This document shows, in pieces, positions 16,432-25,939 of a stretch of 56,369 nucleotides of DNA. Made by a program: the position numbers and the translations under genes. The stretch is from a virus. Taxonomy: Duplodnaviria; Caudoviricetes. A model generated the notes under the pieces. That model was not told the DNA's origin. It searched no databases and saw nothing but the letters and a program-made list of their open reading frames with translations. How positions within the stretch are numbered: position 1 is the first letter of the stretch; every line of letters starts with the position of its first letter. Where the stretch lies: positions 1-56,369 of IMG/VR virus record IMGVR_UViG_3300031919_000004; one strand, written 5' to 3'.

Positions 16432-16989
16432 ATGTCAAAAAGTTTGGAAATGTTGGCACGGGAGTATAAAGCGGGTTCTGTTGAGGCTTTTGAGGAACTG
16501 GTAGGTAATGATAAGGTTCAAGCAATGCTTAATCATATTTGTTATACCGAGCAGGTCTGCGGGCATGAACCTGATGATTTGAAACAAGAAATTTTACTAA
16601 AGTTTACTTCGGCATTACAGAATTATGACCCGGAAAAAGCAGGAGTAACTACCTACCTTGGTATTATAGCAAGAACGCAAGTCCACGTTTTACGCCGGAC
16701 GGCTAATTACAACAAACGGAAAGCAAACAACTTCAATATTAGCATAGAGGGAGGACAGAAAGAATACGGCTTTGATATTATTGACAGTAGGGCAGAGGAT
16801 GACTACAGGGAGATTGAGGGTCTTGATTATGTGAACAGGGTTGAACTGACTGAAATGGAAAAACGGATTTGTGACTTATTTATACAGGGTTATCCCAAGT
16901 CAGAGGTTGCTAAACGGTGCGGAATTACTGCAAGTGCTGTGAGGTATTACGTCAAACGATTGCAGAAAAAATTTAAAACTGCCGTCTAA
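16432..16989 (+). CDS. phage sigma-70 family factor (SigH/ECF size, regions 2 and 4)
   Basis: AGSVEAFEEL, DDLKQE...YDPEK...TYL, LTEMEK...GYPKSEVAKRCGIT HTH. Confidence 0.85.
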   Translation: MSKSLEMLAREYKAGSVEAFEELVGNDKVQAMLNHICYTEQVCGHEPDDLKQEILLKFTSALQNYDPEKAGVTTYLGIIARTQVHVLRRTANYNKRKANNFNISIEGGQKEYGFDIIDSRAEDDYREIEGLDYVNRVELTEMEKRICDLFIQGYPKSEVAKRCGITASAVRYYVKRLQKKFKTAV

Positions 16990-16990
16990 C

Positions 16991-17022
16991 ACTTAACTAT
17001 TTAGGCGATAATGTCATATATA
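16991..17022 (+). promoter_or_regulatory. class II promoter
   Basis: ACTTAA-N18(..TGT)-CATATATA. Confidence 0.75.
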
Positions 17023-17057
17023 ACCTATGAAAATATTAAGAAGGGAGAAATAAATAA

Positions 17058-17660
17058 ATGGCTAAAGTTAAAGGTATTCAGAACATTAAAAAGAAAATGG
17101 AACAGTTTAAAGGCAAAGGTAGAACGGGGTTCTTCAAGTTGGAGGATGATGGAGACAGCTGCCTTGTAAGGTTTCTACACGCTGACGAGGATGACTTCGA
17201 AATTTACATTGTCCATAAGGTAAAAATTCAAGGAAAAGACCGTTGGGTTGAGTGTACCGAAGATGAAACTTGCCCACTCTGTCAGTCCGGCAATAAACCT
17301 CAATTAAGAATGTTCCTATATATGATTGACCGCAGGGATGGAGAGGTAAAACTATGGGAACGTGGGCAGACCTTTATCCCGCTAATTCTGGACAATATTG
17401 CTGAATACGGCAAACTGAATGAACGTGACTTCAAGATTGTCCGGCACGGCAAGAAAGGTGATACCCAAACTACCTATACACTGTTCCCGAAAGACAAGAA
17501 GGTTGAGGATGACCTGCCTGAACGTCCTCAAGTGTGCGGGGAGAATGGTTTTATCTTGAGTAAGTCCCATGAGGACATGGTTAAAATTGCAAAAGGCACT
17601 TACACTCCTTCGAATAATGGAGGTGACGAGGACAGGGAAACAGGCACGGACATTTTTTAG
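17058..17660 (+). CDS. single-stranded DNA-binding protein (gp32-like, Zn-binding)
   Basis: FFKLEDDGDSCLVRFL, H...C...CPLC, acidic C-term ending DIF. Confidence 0.8.
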   Translation: MAKVKGIQNIKKKMEQFKGKGRTGFFKLEDDGDSCLVRFLHADEDDFEIYIVHKVKIQGKDRWVECTEDETCPLCQSGNKPQLRMFLYMIDRRDGEVKLWERGQTFIPLILDNIAEYGKLNERDFKIVRHGKKGDTQTTYTLFPKDKKVEDDLPERPQVCGENGFILSKSHEDMVKIAKGTYTPSNNGGDEDRETGTDIF

Positions 17661-17689
17661 GAGGTAGTGACAAACAGGAGGCCGGGAGT

Positions 17690-17721
17690 GTTTAATTTCC
17701 CGGCTATTCTTGTTGTATATA
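17690..17721 (+). promoter_or_regulatory. class II promoter (overlaps hairpin 17681-17705)
   Basis: GTTTAA-N18(..TTGT)-TGTATATA. Confidence 0.55.
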
Positions 17722-17740
17722 GAAGTAAGGGAGGAATTAC

Positions 17741-19867
17741 ATGAGACGGGGGATTACTTTGGATTTGGCAAGGCGTAAGACGGATACCAGCGACATATTG
17801 AAGCGGTTGAACACCAAAAAGGAATGTAATATTACCGTAAAGCGAACTAAAAACAAGATTTTACAGGCTATTGAGGCATGTAATGAGTTGTTAAGGTCTG
17901 GAAGATTGGTAGATGACGGGACTACTGAAGTGGTCACAGACCTTGACAGGCTAAAAGCATATTGCAAGACAATCGAGGAGAACGGTATTTATGCCTTTGA
18001 CGTTGAGACTACGGGACTTAATCCTTGGGCTGATATTTTTGTAGGGTTCTCATTTTACACACCGGGAGAGAAAGCAATATATGTACCATTGAACCATACG
18101 GATGTAAATAATGAGCGGGTATCCGGGCAGTTGGAATTAAAAGAGGTAGTACCAATTATTAAGCTCATTTTAGAGAGCGGGGAGCTCAAGGGCATAATGC
18201 ACAATGCAAAGTTTGAATTTAAGGTAATGCGGTTGCAAGCAGGGGTAAAAACCAAGTGGGTATATTGGGATACTCAAATAGCCGCCTGTTTGTTGAACGA
18301 GAATGAAAATCACGAATTGAAAAAGCTATATGCGAAGTACATTGAAAAGGGTTCAAAAGGCGAAGGTTTCAAGGAGTTGTTTGGTACTTCGGTTCCTTTC
18401 AACTATACGCCTCTTAATGTGGCGGGAATATACGGGGCGGGGGACTCCTACAAGACATTTAAACTGTATGAGTTCCAAAAAGGGTTTATTCACAGCGAGC
18501 GGGAGGATATGAAAGCTATTGTTCACGTTATGCACGATATTGAAATGCCGTTGCTCCCGGCAGTGGTTGAAATGGAACTCCGTGGGGTACAGATTGACAA
18601 AGACTTTGCTAAGCAGTTGGAGGAACAATATTCCGACATGTTGGCAGAGGTCAAGAGCAGACTTGATGTCTTTGTTAGTAAGTACGAGGATAGAATAAAG
18701 GCTCACCCGGTATTGAAGCGGTTGGCGGTAAACAAAGAAGGTAAAGCGGAGATTAATTATAACTCGCCAAAGCAATTACAGCCTTTCATTTATGATGTTT
18801 TAGAGTGTCCAGCAGTTGAATTTAAGTGGGTACAGGGGCAGAAAACAGAGGACAAAGGAACGGGGGAAGAAATACTCAAGAAATTACAAACGAAATTTCC
18901 TAAAATTACATTCTTCAGCGATTTGTTAGAATATAGGGGCATTAATAAGTTGTTGACAACGTATATCTGCAAAATACCTGAAACGGTGAACCCGGACACA
19001 AATGCCGTACATTGCCAGTTTAAGCAATGCGGAGCAAGGACGGGGCGGTTTTCTTCGGCAAACCCGAACCTGCAAAACATTCCTTCAAAGAATAAGGACA
19101 TAAGGAAAATATTTGTAGCAAGGGAAGGGTATTTATTAGTAAGTGTTGACTATTCACAGATTGAGCCGAGGATTTTGGCAAGTCTGTCTGGCGACTCAAT
19201 TATGAGGGAAGCCTATAACGCTGGCAGGGATTTATATGCTGAACTGGCCTCTGTTATCTTTGAAAAACCTGCGGAGGAGTGCGGGGATGGTACAGAGGAG
19301 AGGAGCATTACCAAGGGTATCCTGTTAGGCTTAATGTACGATATGCAAGCAGAGAGCATTGCCGAGAAATTCCGCAAGCCTAAACGGTGGGGGCAGATGA
19401 TTTACAATACATTCTTTCATAAGTTCCCGCTGGTGAAAAGGTTTGTTGATTTGGCGGTTGCAATGGCTGAAGAAACCGGCTATATCACTACGATCGATGG
19501 CAGGAAACGGAGGTTGCCGGATATTAAGAAAGACCCACGGACTCCGGCATATAAACAGGCTCACAGGCAAGTTGTGAACTCAATCATTCAAGGTTCTTCG
19601 GCAGACATTACCAAAAAAGCAATGATTAAGATTGGCACTAATGAAGAACTCAAGCAAATGGGCGTAACGATGTTAATTACAGTCCATGACGAAATTATAA
19701 GCGAAGTGCCGAAAGAGTATATCAAGCAAGCAGTACCGATTATTTTAGTTTGCATGAGAGAGGCCGCAGAGGAAACCATTGACATTCCGGTTAAGATGGA
19801 CGTTGAAATTACTGACCGTTGGTATGGGGAACTATTCAATGACGAATACTTAAAGGAGGTTTGCTAA
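17741..19867 (+). CDS. polA: family A DNA polymerase with 3'-5' exonuclease domain
   Basis: FDVETTGL, TGRFSSANPNLQNIP, DYSQIEPR, NSIIQGSSAD, TVHDE. Confidence 0.95.
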   Translation: MRRGITLDLARRKTDTSDILKRLNTKKECNITVKRTKNKILQAIEACNELLRSGRLVDDGTTEVVTDLDRLKAYCKTIEENGIYAFDVETTGLNPWADIFVGFSFYTPGEKAIYVPLNHTDVNNERVSGQLELKEVVPIIKLILESGELKGIMHNAKFEFKVMRLQAGVKTKWVYWDTQIAACLLNENENHELKKLYAKYIEKGSKGEGFKELFGTSVPFNYTPLNVAGIYGAGDSYKTFKLYEFQKGFIHSEREDMKAIVHVMHDIEMPLLPAVVEMELRGVQIDKDFAKQLEEQYSDMLAEVKSRLDVFVSKYEDRIKAHPVLKRLAVNKEGKAEINYNSPKQLQPFIYDVLECPAVEFKWVQGQKTEDKGTGEEILKKLQTKFPKITFFSDLLEYRGINKLLTTYICKIPETVNPDTNAVHCQFKQCGARTGRFSSANPNLQNIPSKNKDIRKIFVAREGYLLVSVDYSQIEPRILASLSGDSIMREAYNAGRDLYAELASVIFEKPAEECGDGTEERSITKGILLGLMYDMQAESIAEKFRKPKRWGQMIYNTFFHKFPLVKRFVDLAVAMAEETGYITTIDGRKRRLPDIKKDPRTPAYKQAHRQVVNSIIQGSSADITKKAMIKIGTNEELKQMGVTMLITVHDEIISEVPKEYIKQAVPIILVCMREAAEETIDIPVKMDVEITDRWYGELFNDEYLKEVC

Positions 19868-20664
19868 TGGGCGGTTATAGTGGATTAATACGGGCGATTA
19901 AAAAGGCGAAGGAAGAAAAGAAAACGGAAATTAAGATTGAGGACAGGTTCCTACATGAGTTTAACGAAACACTCAAGGTTATCGAAATGGAAAGGGCTCA
20001 ACCGATACCAACGGAGTATTTAAGGCCTTCCATGATGTATGGCTGTGTCCGTATGTTGTGGGCGGCTCGGAAGGGGATTAAGCCTGACGAGGGGACACTT
20101 GACCCGATATTGATAGGCATACAGGAGAGCGGAACTGACAGGCATGAGCGGATACAAAAAGTTATTAGCAAAATGCCTAATGTTGAAATGGTGGACGTTG
20201 AGGCTCAAGTTAAGCAAGCGAATCTAATGGGCATAAATACGAAGTTTGTTAATTGGGACAGTTCTGGCTATGAGGCACGGTGTTTAAACAAGGATTTGGG
20301 CATTTTCTTCAAGCCTGACGGGGTAATAAGGTATTTTGACTACAAATGTATTCTGGAGATTAAAACAGAGAGCATTTACAAGTTTTCAAAGCGGTTCTTT
20401 ATTGAGCCTAAACACAAAATACAGGCAACCTGCTACGCTATGGGGTTGGGGTTGGATCATGTTCTCTTTTTGTATGAGGACAGGAACTTCACTCAAAAGA
20501 AAATTTACCTGTGGAAAGTAGAGGACGAGATAAAAGAGGAGATATTCCACAAGGTTGAAACGGTCAATAATTACTTGTCAATTGATGAAGTGCCTCCGAA
20601 AGATGAATCTAAAGAAGCCTGTCAATACTGTGCATTTAAAACATTTTGCAAGGAGGAGGGTTAA
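19867..20664 (+). CDS. Cas4-like PD-(D/E)XK exonuclease with 4-Cys cluster
   Basis: RPS...C.R, KPDG...LEIKT, QATCY, CQYCAFKTFC. Confidence 0.85.
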   Translation: MGGYSGLIRAIKKAKEEKKTEIKIEDRFLHEFNETLKVIEMERAQPIPTEYLRPSMMYGCVRMLWAARKGIKPDEGTLDPILIGIQESGTDRHERIQKVISKMPNVEMVDVEAQVKQANLMGINTKFVNWDSSGYEARCLNKDLGIFFKPDGVIRYFDYKCILEIKTESIYKFSKRFFIEPKHKIQATCYAMGLGLDHVLFLYEDRNFTQKKIYLWKVEDEIKEEIFHKVETVNNYLSIDEVPPKDESKEACQYCAFKTFCKEEG

Positions 20665-20665
20665 A

Positions 20666-20794
20666 ATGCCGTTTAGGGGGTTTGGGATTTGTATAGGGTG
20701 CAGATATTATGATATTACTCGTTACCGTTGTCGTTATTGGGACATGTCTACGGAACGGCGGGGGTCTTGCGGTCATTACAAAAAACGGGAATAG
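20666..20794 (+). CDS. small Cys-rich protein (42 aa)
   Basis: SD GGAGGAGG; CIGC...C...C. Confidence 0.55.
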   Translation: MPFRGFGICIGCRYYDITRYRCRYWDMSTERRGSCGHYKKRE

Positions 20795-20809
20795 TGCCTC
20801 ACCGGAGGC

Positions 20810-20841
20810 ACTTCATTTTTTCCTATGTTTTGTCATATATA
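20810..20841 (+). promoter_or_regulatory. class II promoter
   Basis: ACTTCA-N18(..TTGT)-CATATATA. Confidence 0.75.
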
Positions 20842-20935
20842 CTTATGAAGGGGGGTATAGTATGACCTTAAATGGGGGAAAGAAAACTTGGAAAAACCAT
20901 ATACCGATATACAATTTTTAAAGGAGGTATAATTA

Positions 20936-22093
20936 ATGGTTCCTGAAGAAAAAATGACAACATCGTATACAGTAAATGATTTGTTTTGTGGCTGTGGCGG
21001 CATAGGACTGGGCTTCAAACAGGCAGGTTATATCACAACGGGGGCCTGGGACATAGATAAATATGCCGTAATGAGTTATAAAGAAAACGTAGATGATATA
21101 GCAACACAGGCAGATATAACTAAAATGACTTACAAAGACCTACCAAAAGCTGATGTATGGACTTTCGGCTTTCCTTGTCAAGACCTTAGCGTAGCAGGAA
21201 CACAAGAGGGGCTATTCAGAGGTAAGCGCAGCGGTTTATTTTTTGAAGTAATGCGTTTATTAGATGAAACCAGAGGATACGCACCCGAAAACCTCCCAGC
21301 TGTAATTATGGCTGAAAATGTGAAGGGGCTTAAAAAATACCTTTCAGTATTAGAAGAAGAATATATAAAGCGGGGTTATAAGTATTATTGTACACTTTAT
21401 AATTCTAAGTATTGGTACGTACCGCAAAATCGCGAAAGATATTTTATAATAGGCGTAAGAGATGACATAAAAAAGGAATTTGTATTCCCTACCGAACAGC
21501 ACGACTTTGTACCGGCACTTAGTACAATGCTGGAAAAAGAAGTAGACGAAAAATACTATATTGCAGATGACAAAGCACAGGCTGTTATAGAACAAGTTTA
21601 TAAAAACTATAGTCCCACATTACGTAGTAGGCAAGGGCAGAAAGTAATACAAGCTATAGACCATAGTATAGACGTAATAGGAAGGCTGAATATGAAAAGT
21701 AATGACTGTAATAGACGTGTTTATAATCCAACAGGAATAAGCCCGACATTAACAACTTCACAGGGCGGGAATACGCAACCTAAAATTATAGACTATACCA
21801 AATATAGGGTAAGAAAACTTACGCCAACAGAATACGGAAGGTTACAGGGCTTCCCTATGGACACATGGAAACAAGTAGTAAGTGATAATCAAGCGTATAA
21901 ACAATTCGGTAACGCTGTAACAGTAACCATAGCTAAAGCTTTAGCAGCGGCCATAAAGGGCACGATTTCCCACAAAGTAAGACGGGGCCACGCCTCAAAA
22001 GAAAAAAACGTCGAGTGGACGGCAGTTGCACGCGCCGATTCACAAAAAGGGAGGAGGAATATGATGCGCTATATCCTATATATCCTGCGCTGA
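20936..22093 (+). CDS. DNA (cytosine-5)-methyltransferase
   Basis: LFCGCGG (motif I), GFPCQ (IV), ENV (VI), PQNRER (VIII), RLQGF, YKQFGNAV (X); atypical read-through C-terminus. Confidence 0.93.
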   Translation: MVPEEKMTTSYTVNDLFCGCGGIGLGFKQAGYITTGAWDIDKYAVMSYKENVDDIATQADITKMTYKDLPKADVWTFGFPCQDLSVAGTQEGLFRGKRSGLFFEVMRLLDETRGYAPENLPAVIMAENVKGLKKYLSVLEEEYIKRGYKYYCTLYNSKYWYVPQNRERYFIIGVRDDIKKEFVFPTEQHDFVPALSTMLEKEVDEKYYIADDKAQAVIEQVYKNYSPTLRSRQGQKVIQAIDHSIDVIGRLNMKSNDCNRRVYNPTGISPTLTTSQGGNTQPKIIDYTKYRVRKLTPTEYGRLQGFPMDTWKQVVSDNQAYKQFGNAVTVTIAKALAAAIKGTISHKVRRGHASKEKNVEWTAVARADSQKGRRNMMRYILYILR

Positions 22094-22237
22094 ATGGCCC
22101 TGGCCGTTCCTGGAGTGTGGTTCCTGATGCAGATACAAGGCGTAATTGAAAATACATACCTGGCGATGATTACAAGTCAGGGGGTATTAGGTGCCTTGGT
22201 GTATTTTATAGATAAACAGATATTTAGAAAGCCTTAG
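22061..22237 (+). pseudogene. small membrane protein interrupted by in-frame TGA
   Basis: SD GGAGGAGG; MMRYILYILR*MALAVPGVWFL...VLGALVYFIDKQIFRKP; TGA 22091-22093 probably arose from TGG. Confidence 0.6.
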
Positions 22238-22338
22238 AAGCAAAAAAGGGCTGAATCGAAGTTGAGCAAGGTTAAACTTAGGATGGAGAGGGGCAGAGTT
22301 GATTAAACCAGTTAGTAATAATAAAGGAGGTGGTTAGC

Positions 22339-22825
22339 TTGCCTACTAATCCCGGCAAGCTGTTTTGAACAGGATTTTGAGAAGTCGATTCCAGAGGATA
22401 TGTACCACAAACGGGAGAAGGATGACACCGCAGGGTTTAGAGGGGTTCATAATACCCATGACTATACTTTATATAGGTTCCCTAACCTTTGCCTAATGGA
22501 ATTAAAGAGCGTAAAAGGCAAATCCATCCCTTTTAGTAATATAACTAATAATCAACTGGAGGGATTATATAATGAAGGTTTTAAATGTGGTATTATTGCT
22601 GGTTTTTTGTTCAATTTTCGAGCTGTGGGACAGACCTACTTTATTGAAGTGGGGAAAGTATGGGACTATATAAAAACTGCGGAAAGAAGGTCTATCCCGT
22701 TTGATTGGTGCAAGGAGAATGGAATTTTATTGAAAGGGAGGAAAAGGCGTACCCGTTGGCGGTATGATGTTGATGGCCTAATAAGAAAACTAAGGGGGGA
22801 GGGTCTGGATGGCAAAAGACATTAA
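22339..22825 (+). CDS. recU: RecU-family Holliday junction resolvase, split by a +1 frameshift at 22363-22368
   Basis: SD GGAGGTG + TTG gives MPTNPGKLF then TGA; +1 frame continues EQDFEKS...DY...MELKS...SIPFSNI..NQ. Confidence 0.75.
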
Positions 22826-23351
22826 AGAGGTAAGGGAGTACATTGAGCGGAACAGTGAGACAGTTGAGAAGATTATTGCCGAGATTGTTGGCAAGTACAG
22901 CGAGGAGCTTGACAATTTTATTAGGGTTATAAAGACGGTACTCGATAGGGTAAAGGCGGGGGAAATGGATGATTATCCTGACCATGCACTTGAAATGCAG
23001 ACAATTAAATTGCCTATTCTCATGTATTATGCAGGTACAGGACTTGAAAATTTAGGGGCAGAGGGTGACGTTGCTAAGGCTCACCGTGCAGAGGAGTATA
23101 ATAAAATGTTGATGAAAGTGACAGGGACAATTCCAGACAAACAGGCGAAGGCTGAACAGGCAACCATCACCGAGGCAATAATGGAGCAGGTTTATTTAAG
23201 GGCATATAAGATGCTCAAAATAAAATTTGAAACGGCAGACAAACTTTTCTCCGCACTCAAAAAGGTGTTATCCAAGCGGATACAGGAAATTGACATTGGA
23301 CGGAGAGAAGCAGGACTACCAAATAGTGGAGGTGTAAACTATGATGACTAA
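22809..23351 (+). CDS. helical protein upstream of RecA (possible recombination mediator)
   Basis: 180 aa, all-helical, coupled to recA. Confidence 0.6.
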   Translation: MAKDIKEVREYIERNSETVEKIIAEIVGKYSEELDNFIRVIKTVLDRVKAGEMDDYPDHALEMQTIKLPILMYYAGTGLENLGAEGDVAKAHRAEEYNKMLMKVTGTIPDKQAKAEQATITEAIMEQVYLRAYKMLKIKFETADKLFSALKKVLSKRIQEIDIGRREAGLPNSGGVNYDD

Positions 23352-24381
23352 AGATGAATTAAAGGGCATTATTGAGACATTCAACAAGAAGCACGGCAGG
23401 GAGATTATCTTTTTAGGTTCACAAATGAAAAAGATTAGCTTTATCCCATTCAGTAGTCCGAAAGCAAACTGGTTGACAAGGGGAGGCATTGCAAGGAATA
23501 GGCTGTCCGAGTTTGTTGGGGCAGAGGAGAGCGGAAAGACCACTTCAAGCCTCGATATAGTGAAGAATTTCCAACAGATTGATGACCGGGCGGTACTATT
23601 CGTTGATGCGGAGAACAGTATTGACTTTGAATGGGCTACCTTACTTGGGGTGGACATTGACCGGGTAATATGGATTAAGCCTGATGATGAGTATGCAGAG
23701 CAGGTTCTACAAATGGTAATTGACATGATTAAGTCCGGCAAGATTGGTCTTGTGGTCATTGACAGTATTCCTTATTTAGTGCCAAAGACGGTATATGAAG
23801 GGGATATGGAAGCACAAAGCTACTGCGGTAACGCAGGGGTACTGACGAAGTTTGCTCAAAAAATCACGGGCATACTCACTAAATATGAATGTACTATGAT
23901 AATGATTAATCAACTCCGTGACAAGATAGGAACGCCTTACACGGCGTATAATACGCCGGGGGGCAGAGCTTTGAAACACGCTTATTCACAAAGGTTGTTT
24001 TTTAGCAAAGGGAAATTTATTGACGAGAATTGCAATGAACTGGTAAACCGTACAGACCTTGCCTACGGGAATATTGTTGACATCAGGATAATGAAAAACA
24101 AGGTAACAAAGCCTGACCGGAGGCTTGGTAGTTATACGTTAACGTATTCTAATGGTATCCATGTTATTAATGACACGATACAGGCAGGATTACTCACCGG
24201 GATAATTTTACAGTCGGGAGCATGGTTTTCCATTGTTGACAAGAGTACCGGGGAAATACTGTCAGAGGCAGGAGGGGTACTGAAATTTCAAGGCAAGGCT
24301 AAACTCATTAAGAAGTTGGAGGAGGATGACGAACTGTTCAATACTGTCTATGAAATGATAAACGAAGAAGTCATTAAATAA
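23341..24381 (+). CDS. recA: RecA/UvsX-family recombinase
   Basis: GAEESGKTT, FVDAE, VVIDS, INQLRDKIG, TPGGRALKH, KNK. Confidence 0.95.
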   Translation: MMTKDELKGIIETFNKKHGREIIFLGSQMKKISFIPFSSPKANWLTRGGIARNRLSEFVGAEESGKTTSSLDIVKNFQQIDDRAVLFVDAENSIDFEWATLLGVDIDRVIWIKPDDEYAEQVLQMVIDMIKSGKIGLVVIDSIPYLVPKTVYEGDMEAQSYCGNAGVLTKFAQKITGILTKYECTMIMINQLRDKIGTPYTAYNTPGGRALKHAYSQRLFFSKGKFIDENCNELVNRTDLAYGNIVDIRIMKNKVTKPDRRLGSYTLTYSNGIHVINDTIQAGLLTGIILQSGAWFSIVDKSTGEILSEAGGVLKFQGKAKLIKKLEEDDELFNTVYEMINEEVIK

Positions 24382-24409
24382 TTGGGGCGATTTTGCCTCA
24401 ATTTTTTTG
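24381..24409 (+). terminator. Rho-independent terminator
   Basis: ATTGGGGC-loop-GCCTCAAT followed by a T run. Confidence 0.65.
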
Positions 24410-24428
24410 TCTTTTTTACTAATTTTTG

Positions 24429-24462
24429 TTGACTGGCATTTTATTATATGGTAATATATAAA
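24429..24462 (+). promoter_or_regulatory. class I promoter
   Basis: TTGACT-N17-TAATAT, TGGTAATATATAA. Confidence 0.8.
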
Positions 24463-24496
24463 CGTGAGGAGGAAAAAAATTAAGGAGGCAGATAAA

Positions 24497-24799
24497 ATGA
24501 CTAAAGAACAAATGCAGGTAGCACTTCAACAATGGATGGCAATTAATCCGAAAGCACCGAGGGGGCATAAGCAAGCGAACTTAGCAGACAACGGCAGGTT
24601 AATTATCAAGTATTATAAAACGGATAAAAAGACTTTTGACGTAATGGGGACTCAATTCATTATCGAATTAGACGAAGGACAAGACCTTTACAATGTGACA
24701 GTAGAAAAATATAGAAATTGTGATATAATAGCCAGAAAGAAGGTAAGCGGGTTATTCTTCGATATGTTAGACACAAAAACATTAACTTACAACCTATAA
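24497..24799 (+). CDS. hypothetical early protein
   Basis: SD AAGGAGG, 100 aa. Confidence 0.65.
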   Translation: MTKEQMQVALQQWMAINPKAPRGHKQANLADNGRLIIKYYKTDKKTFDVMGTQFIIELDEGQDLYNVTVEKYRNCDIIARKKVSGLFFDMLDTKTLTYNL

Positions 24800-24852
24800 G
24801 TAAAAAGCCGGGGGCTCCGGCTCCCGGTCAAATAAAAAAGGAGGCGGTAAGA

Positions 24853-25278
24853 GTGTTATACTTTGCATTTGGAAGTAATTTGAGCATAGAGCAAATGCTA
24901 ACAAGGTGTCCGAACAGCGTACCGTTGACAAAGGCGAAACTTCGAAACTATGAATTGACATATAGAGCGAACCCAGGAGGTAAAGGGGTCGCTACAATAG
25001 TAAGGAAGAAAGGGGCGGTAGTCCACGGGGCGTTGTATCAATGTCCAGAGCAGGACATAAAGACGCTGGATAGATACGAAGGGGTAAAGGTTGGGGTTTA
25101 TTATAAGGCAACCGTAACAGTTGAAACCGAGTGGGGCAAGCTGGAGGCATTGACCTACATAATGTGCAAGGAACACGACCAGCCTAAAAACCCATCAGCG
25201 GAATATATTAGCAGGATACAGCAAGGCTATTGGAATTGGAAACTACCACTAAAAAAGTTGCCTATCAAGGCGAAATAA
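24853..25278 (+). CDS. gamma-glutamylcyclotransferase (GGCT/AIG2-like)
   Basis: YFAFGSNL, VHGALY, LDRYEG, PSAEY. Confidence 0.9.
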   Translation: MLYFAFGSNLSIEQMLTRCPNSVPLTKAKLRNYELTYRANPGGKGVATIVRKKGAVVHGALYQCPEQDIKTLDRYEGVKVGVYYKATVTVETEWGKLEALTYIMCKEHDQPKNPSAEYISRIQQGYWNWKLPLKKLPIKAK

Positions 25279-25292
25279 GGGAGGCGTTACGA

Positions 25293-25679
25293 ATGGAAAA
25301 ACAATTACCAATTTTTGTTTACGGGACATTAAAGGAAGGGGAGCATAATTTTAGGCTCCTCGAAGGAAGGTTGGACGGGGTGGAAACAGCGGAGCTACGG
25401 GGGTTTGAAATGTATTCAGTACATGGAATGTTCCCGGCGATTATGGAAGGTAAGGGGGCGGTGAAAGGTCAGTTGATATATATTCACCCTGAATTGTATC
25501 ACAAGGTAATGAGGAAAGTTGACAGGTTAGAGGGATATTCCGAGAACAATCCAGGAGCGTCCATGTACGTTAGAAAGCAGGTCTTTGTTATCAATAGCGA
25601 AGGAAACACCGAACCTGCATGGGTGTACATTTGGAACAGGAAAGCACCGGGCAAAAAGATACCGTCTGGCGAATGGTGA
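25293..25679 (+). CDS. gamma-glutamylcyclotransferase (GGACT/YtfP-like)
   Basis: IFVYGTLKEG, FPA, VDRLEG, YVR, AWVY, IPSGEW. Confidence 0.9.
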   Translation: MEKQLPIFVYGTLKEGEHNFRLLEGRLDGVETAELRGFEMYSVHGMFPAIMEGKGAVKGQLIYIHPELYHKVMRKVDRLEGYSENNPGASMYVRKQVFVINSEGNTEPAWVYIWNRKAPGKKIPSGEW

Positions 25680-25709
25680 GGGGGTTGAAAAACTCCTCAT
25701 TTTTTTTTA
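25677..25709 (+). terminator. Rho-independent terminator
   Basis: TGAGGGGTT-GAAA-AACTCCTCA followed by T9. Confidence 0.8.
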
Positions 25710-25718
25710 TTTACGGGG

Positions 25719-25755
25719 TTGACCATATTAATATTGTTTGGTAATATATAATCAA
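25719..25755 (+). promoter_or_regulatory. class I promoter
   Basis: TTGACC-N17-TAATAT, TGGTAATATATAATCAA. Confidence 0.8.
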
Positions 25756-25777
25756 ACAACGGAACGGGGGCGGTAAG

Positions 25778-25939
25778 ATGGAAAGACGGAAACCTTGGGA
25801 AATAGAGTGGATAGACAGACAGGGAAGGCCGAACTTGGATAGGTTCATGTTGACAGAGACCGAGCTGGAGGATAAAACGGAGAACATTCAGCAGGACGGG
25901 GGCGAAGTCCTGAACGTGGAGGAGGTTGATAGAGTATGA
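25778..25939 (+). CDS. hypothetical early protein (53 aa, not in ORF track)
   Basis: MERRKPWEIEWIDRQGRP...VEEVDRV; first ORF after the promoter; stop overlaps the next start. Confidence 0.6.
   Translation: MERRKPWEIEWIDRQGRPNLDRFMLTETELEDKTENIQQDGGEVLNVEEVDRV

Noticed and set aside
19867-20664. CRISPR-Cas system
   Set aside because: The Cas4-like nuclease is solitary in the replication module; no repeat-spacer array or other cas genes
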